From positions 18,426-82,425 of the IMG/VR virus record IMGVR_UViG_3300021389_000010: a stretch of 64,000 bases of DNA, one strand, 5' to 3'. This document shows, piece by piece, positions 7,515-17,655 of this stretch (position 1 is the first letter of the stretch; each line of letters begins with the position of its first letter). Under the pieces are notes generated by a model that was given only the letters and a program-made list of their open reading frames with translations, did no database searches and had not been told where the DNA came from. This DNA comes from a virus. The translations under genes and the position numbers were made by a program.

Positions 7515-8330
7515 GCCCCAATCGAAAAACAACCGTTGCGCGGGGGCATTATGCGCGAGGGGATCAGGCGCGCTCAGACCTGCGCGAGCGTGCATACATA
7601 TGGGCCTATGCGTTACACATATACGCGAGGCTATTTTAAGCCGTTCTAAGGGCTTTTCTCCTCTTGGGTGGTGTGTTGGTATTGTTGGCGGTAATGGATT
7701 CGCTAGGCGTTCTCTTGGGGTGGTCAGTGTGCCTCCAATGGTGGGGCGTGGGGTTGTGGTTTCCTTGTGGGGTTGTGTATGGGCGTGATTTGTTCCCCCC
7801 CTCATATGTACGGGGGGCGGGTGGGGGCTGTACGGGTCACCCATGGGGGCGTGTGTGTACTACGTGTGTGCACATAGGCGTGCCGGTGTACGTACGTGCT
7901 CGCGTAGGTGCGCTCGTGCTCGTGCACAAACGCCCAAACCTGTGCGCGTGTTCGCTTGTATGCATGCCCCCCCGTTCGTGCGGATGCGTTCGGGTGCGCG
8001 CGCGCTGGCGTCCATATAATATATTATCCCCACCAGAAACATTTCTCAGCAATTTTTACGGATCAGGAGTAATGGCCCGTGTTGTTTCAACTGATGTGCC
8101 GAATCGATACCCCCATAACAAAACACCCCCCGATAAACGGAGGGTATTTCTTGTCGCTGTAATACGCGAAGCATGCGAAAAATTTGAGCAAATTAGGGGC
8201 CCTTTGAAACTTTCTACTGTCTTGTTGTGTTCTGAGTTTCTTCTTTAGTCGTTTTGAATCCACTTACGCTGTTGCTGTGGATTAATAACTTTGTGACCCA
8301 TAAGTCGTAAGACGGTGGAAAGGTACAAGA
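7515..8330. other. second non-coding G/RY-rich block
   Basis: Low-complexity spurious ORFs only; shares GCATTATGC, GGATCAGGCG and TTCTAAGGG with 6330-6540. Confidence 0.6.
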
Positions 8331-8365
8331 AAAAAATGATAAAGTCAATAGTAGTAAATACCCAA

Positions 8366-8797
8366 TCAGTACATAATTTTAAATCCTACGTGTAAGTAGT
8401 TTAACTCTCTGTTGATTTGTAGTATGCTTGCTGATGCGTAAAGACGCTTATACAAACGAAGGTCTGCACCAACACGACCAATGATTAGACCCGGATCAAG
8501 ATTCAGTTTATAAGCAGGCCCACCATATATTATTAATTGATGGATAACATACTCATACTGTAAGAAAGAATAGGTTGCTCCGTGATGACCTTGGCCCATT
8601 GCTAGAACACCAATAAACATATTATCATATCCTAACTCCGCAACAACTCCCGTAGCGTGAAGACAAGCAACATAACCAAGTCCTACAGACTTAGGAGCAT
8701 TGTGTTTAATATGTTTAATCTTATGATAAGGACTGCACTCTTGACCCTTACCCAAGGTCGTCAGCAATATCAGTATCAATAGAATCTTTATCTTCAT
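8366..8797 (-). CDS. putative secreted or outer-membrane beta-strand protein
   Basis: Signal-like MKIKILLILILLTTLGKG; alternating hydrophobic strands; ends HVGFKIMY. Confidence 0.6.
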   Translation of the reverse strand: MKIKILLILILLTTLGKGQECSPYHKIKHIKHNAPKSVGLGYVACLHATGVVAELGYDNMFIGVLAMGQGHHGATYSFLQYEYVIHQLIIYGGPAYKLNLDPGLIIGRVGADLRLYKRLYASASILQINRELNYLHVGFKIMY

Positions 8798-9249
8798 TAA
8801 GCAAAGTCCTCGTATGTAATCCAAACATCTTTGCCGTCAAGCAGTTCGTTGGCTACCTTGGGATACATGTGTTGGTATGCATATGTGCTTTTGCCTATGA
8901 AGCCTTTCATGTCTGATGAGTTACCTACTAACAAGCAACCCGCTGTATGCTCATCTGTGTTTCCAATATGTATTAGGATGTATTCAAATCCTGGTACGTC
9001 GCGTACCCATAACATACCCTTATGCATATTAGGGAACTTGTCTGAGTATCTACTATGGTGACCACCTACGGTACGCAGGGTAATACGATATGTACCTGCT
9101 GGGATCCTGGTTTCACCCATAACCTTCTCGTCACGATGTTCGTCTTCTAATGTAAAGCAGAGGAACTCTCTACCTTCTTTGCTCTCTAGGTACAGTGCTC
9201 CAAGAGTGAAGTCGTCTTGGCTGTACATTCTTATTACACGTAGTTCCAT
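8797..9249 (-). CDS. DUF5675-family protein (putative cell-wall enzyme)
   Basis: TLED, ETRIPAGTY, VPGFEYILIHIGN and TAGCLLVG motifs. Confidence 0.8.
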   Translation of the reverse strand: MELRVIRMYSQDDFTLGALYLESKEGREFLCFTLEDEHRDEKVMGETRIPAGTYRITLRTVGGHHSRYSDKFPNMHKGMLWVRDVPGFEYILIHIGNTDEHTAGCLLVGNSSDMKGFIGKSTYAYQHMYPKVANELLDGKDVWITYEDFA

Positions 9250-9263
9250 AAGGGTAAAGATAG

Positions 9264-9271
9264 TATATTTG
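9264..9271 (+). promoter_or_regulatory. Bacteroidota sigma-A -7 element TATATTTG
   Basis: Matches TAnnTTTG. Others precede plus-strand units at 10052, 15194, 27608, 28909, 29922, 33382, 33471, 40031 and 48474. Confidence 0.75.
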
Positions 9272-9275
9272 TAAT

Positions 9276-9410
9276 ATGAAATATAGAACAGGAGACCCCA
9301 AGAAAAAGAAGAAGGCCAAGGTGCGTGGTGTCGATGTAGACAAACTACCAGAGGGACGCATCAAGGAGTACGATACACCTTTCCCCTTCCGTAAACGCAA
9401 GAAGAAATGA
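9276..9410 (+). CDS. small Lys-rich protein
   Basis: Manual translation MKYRTGDPKKKKKAKVRGVDVDKLPEGRIKEYDTPFPFRKRKKK*; ATGA-coupled to the next gene. Confidence 0.65.
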   Translation: MKYRTGDPKKKKKAKVRGVDVDKLPEGRIKEYDTPFPFRKRKKK

Positions 9411-9616
9411 AACTAAAGAAGACAAACAAGAGCGTTAAGGTAAAAGCACCAGAGGGATACCACTGGATGACAGAGGGTGGACGCCACTTTCTAATGAAGG
9501 GCGACTATAAGCCACACAAGGGAGCATCACCAGAGGCGCCATTCAGACTGGTAACCCACGATAAAGGGAAGAGCAGTCCTGCTATGGATGCTGCTCGGAA
9601 GGCGAAGAAAGGTTAA
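9407..9616 (+). CDS. small basic protein
   Basis: 69 aa, KAPEGYHWM motif. Confidence 0.75.
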   Translation: MKLKKTNKSVKVKAPEGYHWMTEGGRHFLMKGDYKPHKGASPEAPFRLVTHDKGKSSPAMDAARKAKKG

Positions 9617-10046
9617 ACGGTTCTTCACCCCTCATCTTTCTATATAGGCGGGCCACATTGAGCCTGCCTTTTTGTGTCAAGGCATACCGTACCCTGTAAT
9701 TCATCTTGGTTTCATCTCTAAAGAAATGGTCTTCCATATTTTGGCTCGGTGTGAGTTTATCGAAGTGCTTGTATATCCATCCCTTCTTCATTAATGGATA
9801 CACGTATCTATCCGCTAACTTCTTATGGCTTCTATTCATAGTCTCTGAAACATAGGATATCGTCCAAAACTCCAGGTCATAGATAAAGAAAAGTAAATCC
9901 ACCTCAGCCTTTCCCAGATCCATGTTATCCTTCGCATCCCTGTAAAGGAAATGTAGGTTCTTCATACCGTTCTCCTGGATATACTTCTTGTCTATCTTCG
10001 AGAACTCTCTAAACTTCTTCTTTCGGCTTACAGTACTTTTGGGCAT
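9582..10046 (-). CDS. putative winged-helix DNA-binding protein
   Basis: Start MPKSTVSRKK; ...PLMKKGWI...YALTQKGR resembles a MarR-type wing. The listed N-terminal extension overlaps a real plus-strand gene. Confidence 0.6.
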   Translation of the reverse strand: MPKSTVSRKKKFREFSKIDKKYIQENGMKNLHFLYRDAKDNMDLGKAEVDLLFFIYDLEFWTISYVSETMNRSHKKLADRYVYPLMKKGWIYKHFDKLTPSQNMEDHFFRDETKMNYRVRYALTQKGRLNVARLYRKMRGEEPFNLSSPSEQHP

Positions 10047-10077
10047 ATCAGTATCTTTGTTAGGTAAAAGTAATACT

Positions 10078-11046
10078 ATGGCATCACTTAGTGGAAATAA
10101 AATAAAGGATACGTTTGACAAGTTACTCAAACTTGAGTCAGCGCAACTCTCAGCATCAGAACAAGTAGTAGAAGACGGGGCTGGAAACAACAGTGCGCTC
10201 AAACTTTCTACCGACACACTCGAGACTACGGGTGAATTAAAGATATCTGGAACACCCTCTACCTCTACCAGCATTACCAAGGCGCTTATGCTTAGTACAT
10301 CTGGAGTAGTAGTTACCCGTGACCTCAACACAAACCCAATTGGAACCGCATCTATTACAGCGAATACTCCTCTGTCAGCAACAGGGAGCACGGTTGAACT
10401 ACAAGATGCAGGAAACTTAGGGCAGATTACATCTCCCGCTAATGCAGACAAATACTTAATCTGGGATGAAACTGCTAGTGCCTATAAATACATAGAGCAA
10501 GTAGACCTAGTGAACTCAGTCTCTACTCAAGTAGTTGGCCAGGGTCTTGAAACTTTATATGCAAGACCACAGAGTAGTAACGCTGTACCCACAGTCCTCA
10601 ACGCTGTGCAGTTCGCAGAAATATTTGGAGACTCTAGTGCTACAGGATCAGTAACAGCAGCAACATCATCTGTAATTTTTGGTTCAGCCAATACTTACAT
10701 GAGTATTCCAGAAACAGGTATTTCTGACCCTAGAGATAATATCTTAATCAACGAGAAGCAAGGATTCTTTCAGTTGACCGCATCTATAGAGGTTACCTCT
10801 ACAGCAAACACAGATGTTACTTTCGATATCTATGACTATAGCGCTAGTTTAAAACTCGCAGAAACCTTCAGAACTGTAAAGAACGGTGAGACTTATCACT
10901 TGGAGTTCAACGTATTATGGTACAGCGACGGACTAGCAGGATACAAGATTCAACTCAGAGGGTTTGCAGGAAGCAGCGGGGTGGTATACAGCGCTGACAA
11001 CTCACATCTTGAAGTAAGATTCCTGGGAACAAACACATCTTTCTAA
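10078..11046 (+). CDS. putative virion structural or fibre protein
   Basis: Start MASLSGNKIKDTF after TATCTTTG; Ser/Thr-rich with a beta-rich C-terminus. Confidence 0.7.
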   Translation: MASLSGNKIKDTFDKLLKLESAQLSASEQVVEDGAGNNSALKLSTDTLETTGELKISGTPSTSTSITKALMLSTSGVVVTRDLNTNPIGTASITANTPLSATGSTVELQDAGNLGQITSPANADKYLIWDETASAYKYIEQVDLVNSVSTQVVGQGLETLYARPQSSNAVPTVLNAVQFAEIFGDSSATGSVTAATSSVIFGSANTYMSIPETGISDPRDNILINEKQGFFQLTASIEVTSTANTDVTFDIYDYSASLKLAETFRTVKNGETYHLEFNVLWYSDGLAGYKIQLRGFAGSSGVVYSADNSHLEVRFLGTNTSF

Positions 11047-11348
11047 TGAACTATAAGCAGAGATACGAGGCATTCCAACTCATAAGGCTTAAACTAGGGG
11101 AGATAGAAGAGATAATGGAAGTATATGGAGGAAAGACGCAGTACCTGTCTATGTATTGCTTTGGAATCTTTGTACCAGAGTCAGATCAGGAAGAGGAGAA
11201 GTACGAGATGATGACAGGGATGCATATGGCTGCACCAGACGAATACGATTTAATGATAGAAACTGTAGACGAAGTTTTTGAAACACACATCAACGATGAA
11301 GAGGATGAGGGTGATTCAAGTAAAATAGACTACTGGCTAAATAAATAG
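11046..11348 (+). CDS. hypothetical acidic protein
   Basis: 100 aa, TAATG-coupled. Confidence 0.75.
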   Translation: MNYKQRYEAFQLIRLKLGEIEEIMEVYGGKTQYLSMYCFGIFVPESDQEEEKYEMMTGMHMAAPDEYDLMIETVDEVFETHINDEEDEGDSSKIDYWLNK

Positions 11349-11349
11349 A

Positions 11350-11589
11350 ATGGAACTTATTAGAAAAATCATCATCGGGACTAACCCGAAAGATGCTATG
11401 GCTTATTATGTGGGCCAAAGAGCAGGCGATTCAGTTATTGATTCAATCATACAGGACGAAAGATGTTTTGTTAAATACGGAATAAGGCGTTACCTTGTGT
11501 ACATCTACAACAAAGACGAGGGAACGATGCTTTGGAAGACCGTAGATAACATGCCTGTATTAATTGAACATGACTGCGAATTCTTATGA
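11350..11589 (+). CDS. small phage protein
   Basis: 79 aa, IRKIIIG..PKDAMAYYVGQ; operon packing. Confidence 0.8.
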   Translation: MELIRKIIIGTNPKDAMAYYVGQRAGDSVIDSIIQDERCFVKYGIRRYLVYIYNKDEGTMLWKTVDNMPVLIEHDCEFL

Positions 11590-12134
11590 TTGTAATTGAC
11601 AACTTTATCAAAGACCCTTCCTTTATCAAACAACTAGAGGATAACAAAGACTACCTCTTTGGAGATAACGGATCTTATCACTGGTGGAACGGATGGTGGA
11701 ACTCATCAGACGATACTATCAAAAAACAACTAATCTCGTATATCTGGAGAGACTATCCACTATACCCTTCAGTAAACCTAGACGGCTTTGAGTATTGGAC
11801 AGGCCAGTTCGGGGAAGGCATGCCTAATGCAAGTCTTGGTATGCACCTGGATAAAGATGAGGCACTCTGGAAAAGCACTGGGGAGATATCATCTCCGATT
11901 GTAGGTACTGTATTCTACCCTGTAGAGATGGATATCGACGGAGGATACCTTGAAGTGTTTTCTAATGGCCCAGAGAAACAGCCGGAGCGCATACGTGCAA
12001 AACACAATAGGCTAATCATATTTGATGCAGGAGGAACACACCACAGAGTTACAGAGGTAACACGAGGTACCAGATCTGCTATTGCAATCAACCTTTGGGA
12101 CAAGAAACCAACAGGAGAACTCAAGGAGGAATGA
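11586..12134 (+). CDS. 2OG-Fe(II) dioxygenase (prolyl-hydroxylase-like)
   Basis: IVIDNF, HLD, NRLIIFD, HRVTEV and GTRSAIAIN motifs. Confidence 0.85.
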   Translation: MIVIDNFIKDPSFIKQLEDNKDYLFGDNGSYHWWNGWWNSSDDTIKKQLISYIWRDYPLYPSVNLDGFEYWTGQFGEGMPNASLGMHLDKDEALWKSTGEISSPIVGTVFYPVEMDIDGGYLEVFSNGPEKQPERIRAKHNRLIIFDAGGTHHRVTEVTRGTRSAIAINLWDKKPTGELKEE

Positions 12135-12787
12135 GATCCCTCTATCACTTTTTAGTACGTGTACCTAAAGTAACCAAGGACACCATGGAGGTCAACGGTG
12201 AAGAAATGTATCTCGACACCAAGTTTGACGAGTTCAAACACAGAACCATGGAAGGCGAGGTGGTTGCTCTACCAGCCAAGTTTGATACCAATGTTAAGGT
12301 AGGAGACACTATGTATTTCCATCACCACGTTGTGCTTGGTGGTAACCACATGATGATGAACGAGGAAACAGTTCAGTTAGAAGAAACTAAGAAGCGTGGT
12401 CAATTCATAGACCCAGACGACGACGTATACGTTGTACACTATGGAGGTAACTTAGATCCTATATCCTGTCAAGCCTACGCGTATAAATGCCAGGACACAG
12501 GAGAGATAGAGTTGATTAGTGACTGGATATTCATTACTCCAGAACCAGAGGAAGAGCAAGAGGAAACGATAAAGAGTGACATCATCGAACTCATACCCAA
12601 GGCTAACCCGCCAAAAGAAAAGAAAGGTTACATCAGATGGTCTTCACCTAAGTTGAAGGAACTAGAATTAAACCCTGGAGACAAGGTGCTGATCAGGAAG
12701 AACTCGTCCTATGAGATGGAGGTGAATGGAGAGAAGTTATGGAGAACCTATTTACAATCAATTCATGGCAAGATCAAAGAAGTATAA
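12131..12787 (+). CDS. co-chaperonin GroES-like protein (tandem domains)
   Basis: GEVVALP...VKVGD and LNPGDKV...EMEVNGEK repeats; upstream of the terminase. Confidence 0.7.
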   Translation: MRSLYHFLVRVPKVTKDTMEVNGEEMYLDTKFDEFKHRTMEGEVVALPAKFDTNVKVGDTMYFHHHVVLGGNHMMMNEETVQLEETKKRGQFIDPDDDVYVVHYGGNLDPISCQAYAYKCQDTGEIELISDWIFITPEPEEEQEETIKSDIIELIPKANPPKEKKGYIRWSSPKLKELELNPGDKVLIRKNSSYEMEVNGEKLWRTYLQSIHGKIKEV

Positions 12788-13058
12788 CAACATAGATACC
12801 GCTGTAAACCTAATGCAGGCGATGCAGATTGCAATAGAGAATATGATACAGGAAATACAAAAGCCTGTAGACCAGGAACTTAGTGGCTCCCAAAGAAAAG
12901 CCGAGTTGCAATCTATAAAACAAACAGCGGTAGATGCTAAAGAACTTATTGTTGAAAGAGAAAGACTCGAACAACTTATCAGAGGTCTTAAGAAAGACGG
13001 AGAAATTAAAGAGGAAAGAGATTACTCGGGAGGATTCGCAGAGCAATACTCAAAGTAA
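12765..13058 (+). CDS. probable terminase small subunit
   Basis: Helical 97-aa protein immediately before terL, ending GGFAEQYSK. Confidence 0.6.
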   Translation: MARSKKYNNIDTAVNLMQAMQIAIENMIQEIQKPVDQELSGSQRKAELQSIKQTAVDAKELIVERERLEQLIRGLKKDGEIKEERDYSGGFAEQYSK

Positions 13059-13086
13059 TCAAGTCTTCATATACTGGGATTACTAA

Positions 13087-15186
13087 ATGGCAGGACTCGT
13101 AGAGATAGAAGGTGATACCGTAGTCAACATATGTCCTGACAAAACCCAGGGAAAAGTCAGGCTATGCTTTGACTTACCCATACAGTTACCAAAGCGGCCT
13201 CGCAAAAAGGACATACTATTTCACGACAAGCCAAAGGAAGAACAGCACTGGCAACGCACACCATTACCAGACGAACTCAAAAGAGTAAAGTCTATGGAAG
13301 AGTGGATGTCTATGCCGGAGTCGTTTAGAAACAAACACACCCCCTACATTAGTGAAGAATACAAGAGACGCAGAAATGGAGTATGGTTTTACAACAACGG
13401 GGTACCTACCTATATTACCGGAAACCACTACTTTTTCTTACAGTGGTGTAAGATTGATATCGGATACCCATCCTACCTTGATTTTCAAAGAGAACTATTC
13501 GTACACCTTGACGCTTGCGTAGCAGACCCGAGATGTGTTGGACAGGTATATGTAAAGTGTCGTAGATCTGGATACACAAACATGTCGGCATCAGTGCTTG
13601 TAAACGAAGGAACACAGGTTAAAGAGAAACTACTGGGCATCATGTCTAAGACAGGTACCGATGCACAGGAAAATATATTCATGAAGAAGGTGGTGCCTAT
13701 ATATAAGTCATTGCCTTTTTTCTTTAAACCTATTCAAGATGGTACTACCAATCCCAGAATGGAACTCGCCTTTCGTGAGCCATCAAAAAGAATTACCAAA
13801 AAGAACAAAACCTCATCAAGAGGTGAGGCTCTTAATACAATTATTAACTGGAAGAACACAACCAACAATGCCTATGATGGTGAGAAACTACACATCTTGT
13901 ATTTGGATGAGGCTGGTAAGTGGGAAAAAGGTAATGATATACGAGAAGCATGGCGAATACAAAGAACTTGTTTGCTTGTAGGTAGAAAGATTGTAGGTAA
14001 AGCATTGGTAGGAAGCACTGTTAATCCCCTAGACAGAGGAGGTCGGCAGTATAGAGAACTGTACTACGCAAGTAATGTAAATGACAGAAATGAAAACGGT
14101 AGAACAAAGAGTGGTTTGTATGGGTGTTTTATACCAGCATACGATGCCTTGGAAGGTTTCTTCGACAAACATGGCATGCCAGTCGTTGAGGATTTAGAAA
14201 AAAATATTATAGGACTAGAGGGTGAGTATATAAGCCTAGGTTCAAAGACTTACTTAAAGAATGAAAGAAAAGGTTTATCTGGAGACTCTTACGAACTAAA
14301 CGAGGTTATACGCCAGTTCCCTTTTACAGAAGCCGAAGCGTTTAGAGATAGTGCAAAGGCATCTCTGTTTAACGTACAAAAGATATACGAACAGGTAGAG
14401 TACAACGAGGATTTGTTCCCGAACCCTGTGGTTGTAGGAAACTTTGTTTGGGCGCTAGGGCAGAAGGATACAGAGGTAGTGTTTAGTCCTGATCCTAACG
14501 GAAGATGGAGGGTAGCATGGATGCCACCTGTAGAGTTAAGGAATAAAAAGAAACCAGAGAACGCCTGGTTAGGATGTGCTGGAGTAGATAGTTATGATAT
14601 AGATGCAACAGTGGATGGGAGAGGATCTAAAGGTGCTTGTCATTTCTTTAACAAATTCAACCTTGAGTACCCATCGAATATGTTTGTAGCAGAGTACGCT
14701 TCAAGACCACCATTAGCAAAGATTTTTTATGAAGACATATTAATGGCATCCAAGTTTTATGGGTACCCTGTTTTGATTGAGAATAACAAATACGGAATCG
14801 CAAGACACTTTGAATCAAGAGGTTATGACCACTTCTTGCTAGACAGACCGGCTCACCTTACATCGAATTACGGCAGCAAAACAAAAACTAAAGGTATACC
14901 ATCCAACTCACAAGACGTCATACAAGCGCACGCACAGGCTATAGAATCTTTTATACACGCGAACGTCGGTCTAAACGAGCAGACACTAGAGTACGGAAAG
15001 ATGTACTTCGAGAGAACCCTAGAGGACTGGGTAAACTTTAAGATAGACGATCGTACAAAATATGACCTTTCTATATCAAGCGGACTAGCCCTTCTTGCGG
15101 CTCAAGGTCATAGGCCCGAAAAGCCAAAATCAGATTTCAATAGTAAGCAGTTCTTCCGTAAAGGTCAGATAATTATACGAAAATAA
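13087..15186 (+). CDS. terL: terminase large subunit
   Basis: Walker-A-like KCRRSGYT, Walker B LYLDEAGK, nuclease AGVDSYD and terminal YDLSISSG. Confidence 0.9.
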   Translation: MAGLVEIEGDTVVNICPDKTQGKVRLCFDLPIQLPKRPRKKDILFHDKPKEEQHWQRTPLPDELKRVKSMEEWMSMPESFRNKHTPYISEEYKRRRNGVWFYNNGVPTYITGNHYFFLQWCKIDIGYPSYLDFQRELFVHLDACVADPRCVGQVYVKCRRSGYTNMSASVLVNEGTQVKEKLLGIMSKTGTDAQENIFMKKVVPIYKSLPFFFKPIQDGTTNPRMELAFREPSKRITKKNKTSSRGEALNTIINWKNTTNNAYDGEKLHILYLDEAGKWEKGNDIREAWRIQRTCLLVGRKIVGKALVGSTVNPLDRGGRQYRELYYASNVNDRNENGRTKSGLYGCFIPAYDALEGFFDKHGMPVVEDLEKNIIGLEGEYISLGSKTYLKNERKGLSGDSYELNEVIRQFPFTEAEAFRDSAKASLFNVQKIYEQVEYNEDLFPNPVVVGNFVWALGQKDTEVVFSPDPNGRWRVAWMPPVELRNKKKPENAWLGCAGVDSYDIDATVDGRGSKGACHFFNKFNLEYPSNMFVAEYASRPPLAKIFYEDILMASKFYGYPVLIENNKYGIARHFESRGYDHFLLDRPAHLTSNYGSKTKTKGIPSNSQDVIQAHAQAIESFIHANVGLNEQTLEYGKMYFERTLEDWVNFKIDDRTKYDLSISSGLALLAAQGHRPEKPKSDFNSKQFFRKGQIIIRK

Positions 15187-15221
15187 TAAGAGGTATATTT
15201 GCAACAGTAGCAATCTAAAGT

Positions 15222-17654
15222 ATGGACAACGAATACACAAATGGACAATCCTCATTTCCAGATCCTTTATCTGGTGTTGAGGAGAAGATGTCTAAGCAAT
15301 ATGGTCTGCAATATGCAAAGGCTATGTTTGCGCAATGGATTGGAAGTGACTATCAAAACTCATTGTATGGAAGACGCAACAGCGAAATGGAACGCTGTAG
15401 AGATTATGCGCAAGGAACACAAGACACATCTATCTATCGTCAGATATTAAACTCTCTCGACAACAACAATGGTGATGGAACATTGATGACGCTAGACTAT
15501 ACGCCAGTTCCTATTATACCTAAGTTTGTTAAGATTGTTGTAAACAAAATTCTTTCAAAAGAACCATACCCTCAGATTGAGGCCATTGACCCCCTTTCAA
15601 GAACAGAGAAGGATAAGAAGAAAAACGCTACCGTCTTGCGTATCGAGAATCGAGATATGATTGAGGAAGCGAAGTCACTAGGCCTGCGTGTTAAACAAGA
15701 CCCTGGACAACTACCAGACACACCAGAAGAAACTGAGATATTCTTAGACACAAACATTAAGACGGACGCAGAAATCTCTGCTCAGATTGCTACTGAGATG
15801 ACATTGAAGTGGAATGACTTTAATCAATCTATATACCGTCGCTGTGTTGAAGACCTAGCAACTCTTGGTATGGGTGTTGCTAAAAGAAGCAATGACCCCA
15901 ACTATGGAATCAACGAGGAGTATGTTGACCCAAAGAAATTTATACACAACTATACAGACGACCCAACATTCTCTGACCTAACCTATGCTGGTCATTTTAA
16001 GTACATAACAATCATGGACTTAAAGCGCATTGCTGGTAACCAGTTTACAGAGCAAGAGTATGAGGAGATTGCTAAGACTGTAATGAACAAGTATGGGAAC
16101 AACCCTACTCAGTTCTCTACAACAGGATCTGGTTACGACAGACCCGGTACAAGATATCGCCAAGGATATGATGAGTACAAGATAGAGGTAATGGACTTTG
16201 AGTTTATGTCTGTTGATGATATCATATACGAGAAGAAAGAGTCGGCATACGGAAACATAGGTTTCTATTTTAAAGGAAACGAATATAACGCACCTCAGCA
16301 ATCTGTATACAACAGAGAAGCAATATACATGAAGAACGCTACGGTATATGGCGGTACTTACATTGTGGGTACAGAGAAGTTGTATAACTACGGGCCAAAG
16401 AAAAATATACCTAAGAACGTACATGATATTTCACGTGCTCGTTTATCATATAGTATTGTAGCAACTAACATCCGTGGGATGATACCTAAGTCAATGGTAT
16501 CCTCTGTTATAGGGTTTGCTGACATGCTCCAGATTACACACTTGAAACTTCAGCAATCTATTGCTAAAGCAAAACCAGATGGACTCATCATTGATATTGA
16601 AGGGTTAGAGAACGTACAACTAGGACGCGGTGGTGAACTACAGCCATTAGAGATTCAAGACATCTACGAACAAACTGGTGTGTTCTATTACCGTAGCAAG
16701 AATCCAGAGGGAGGTTTTCAAAACCCACCCGTCAGAGAGATAGGTAATAATATTAGAAACATACAAGAACTTGTTTCTCTTTACAATCACTACCTACGAA
16801 TGATAAGAGATGCCACTGGTATCAATGAGGTTATGGATGGAACCACTCCGAAAGGAGAAGCCTTAGTAGGTGTAAACCAAATGGCAGTGCAGGCTGGAAA
16901 TAACGCTATATACGACATCACTAATGCCGCGATGGTTCTTTACCAAAAGGTGTGTGACGATATTGTTCGCTGTCTACAGGTAATACCACCAGATAGTATA
17001 TTGTATAAAGTATATACAAATGCCGTGGGAGAAACCAATATGGCTGTGCTTAGTTCTTTTGATAACCTATCTATGTACAACTTCGGCGTGGTGGTTGTTA
17101 CTGAGATGAACGAAATGGACAAGCAATACCTAGAACAAAACATACAGATTGCTCTTGGACAAAAAGAAATTGACCTTGAAGATGCGATTGCCATTCGTCA
17201 GATTAAAGACGTGGAACAAGCAGAGAGACTCTTGGTGGTTCGCAGAAAGAAAAGAATCAAACAACAACAAGAGATGATGGCGCAGCAGGCTCAGATTCAG
17301 TCTCAATCAAATCAGCAAGCCTCACAGGTAGCCGCTCAAATGGAGATGCAGAAAAAGCAACTCGAAGCCCAAATCGAAGCACAGCGGATTCAATTAGAGA
17401 CGGAAGCCAAAGCGCAACTCATACAACTAGAGTATCAGTTCAAAATTCAAATCGAACAACTTAAAGGAGAGTATGGCGTAGTTGAGCAACAAGTGGAAAG
17501 CGGAGTTCGTATGCAGGCTGATGCTGAATCAGAAAATCGTAAAGATCAGAGAATAGATAAACAAGCGTTGGCTCAAAGTAAACTGATTGCTCAACGCCAA
17601 GGCGAACGCCCACCTCTTAGTGAGGATATAGTAACCAACCTAACAATATCATAA
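15222..17654 (+). CDS. portal protein
   Basis: 810 aa after terL; PVPIIPKFV, RDATGINE and a Gln-rich coiled-coil C-terminus. Confidence 0.85.
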   Translation: MDNEYTNGQSSFPDPLSGVEEKMSKQYGLQYAKAMFAQWIGSDYQNSLYGRRNSEMERCRDYAQGTQDTSIYRQILNSLDNNNGDGTLMTLDYTPVPIIPKFVKIVVNKILSKEPYPQIEAIDPLSRTEKDKKKNATVLRIENRDMIEEAKSLGLRVKQDPGQLPDTPEETEIFLDTNIKTDAEISAQIATEMTLKWNDFNQSIYRRCVEDLATLGMGVAKRSNDPNYGINEEYVDPKKFIHNYTDDPTFSDLTYAGHFKYITIMDLKRIAGNQFTEQEYEEIAKTVMNKYGNNPTQFSTTGSGYDRPGTRYRQGYDEYKIEVMDFEFMSVDDIIYEKKESAYGNIGFYFKGNEYNAPQQSVYNREAIYMKNATVYGGTYIVGTEKLYNYGPKKNIPKNVHDISRARLSYSIVATNIRGMIPKSMVSSVIGFADMLQITHLKLQQSIAKAKPDGLIIDIEGLENVQLGRGGELQPLEIQDIYEQTGVFYYRSKNPEGGFQNPPVREIGNNIRNIQELVSLYNHYLRMIRDATGINEVMDGTTPKGEALVGVNQMAVQAGNNAIYDITNAAMVLYQKVCDDIVRCLQVIPPDSILYKVYTNAVGETNMAVLSSFDNLSMYNFGVVVVTEMNEMDKQYLEQNIQIALGQKEIDLEDAIAIRQIKDVEQAERLLVVRRKKRIKQQQEMMAQQAQIQSQSNQQASQVAAQMEMQKKQLEAQIEAQRIQLETEAKAQLIQLEYQFKIQIEQLKGEYGVVEQQVESGVRMQADAESENRKDQRIDKQALAQSKLIAQRQGERPPLSEDIVTNLTIS

Positions 17655-17655
17655 G

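Noticed and set aside
6135-8248. ORFs of 60-194 aa in the RY-rich region (other than 7039-7464)
   Set aside because: Their Cys/Val/Arg/His-rich translations derive from dinucleotide repeats and overlap in all frames.
9988-10451. Extended N-termini giving a long overlap of 9582-10451(-) and 9988-11046(+)
   Set aside because: Internal ATGs at 10046(-) and 10078(+) flank a short divergent promoter gap, which removes the overlap.
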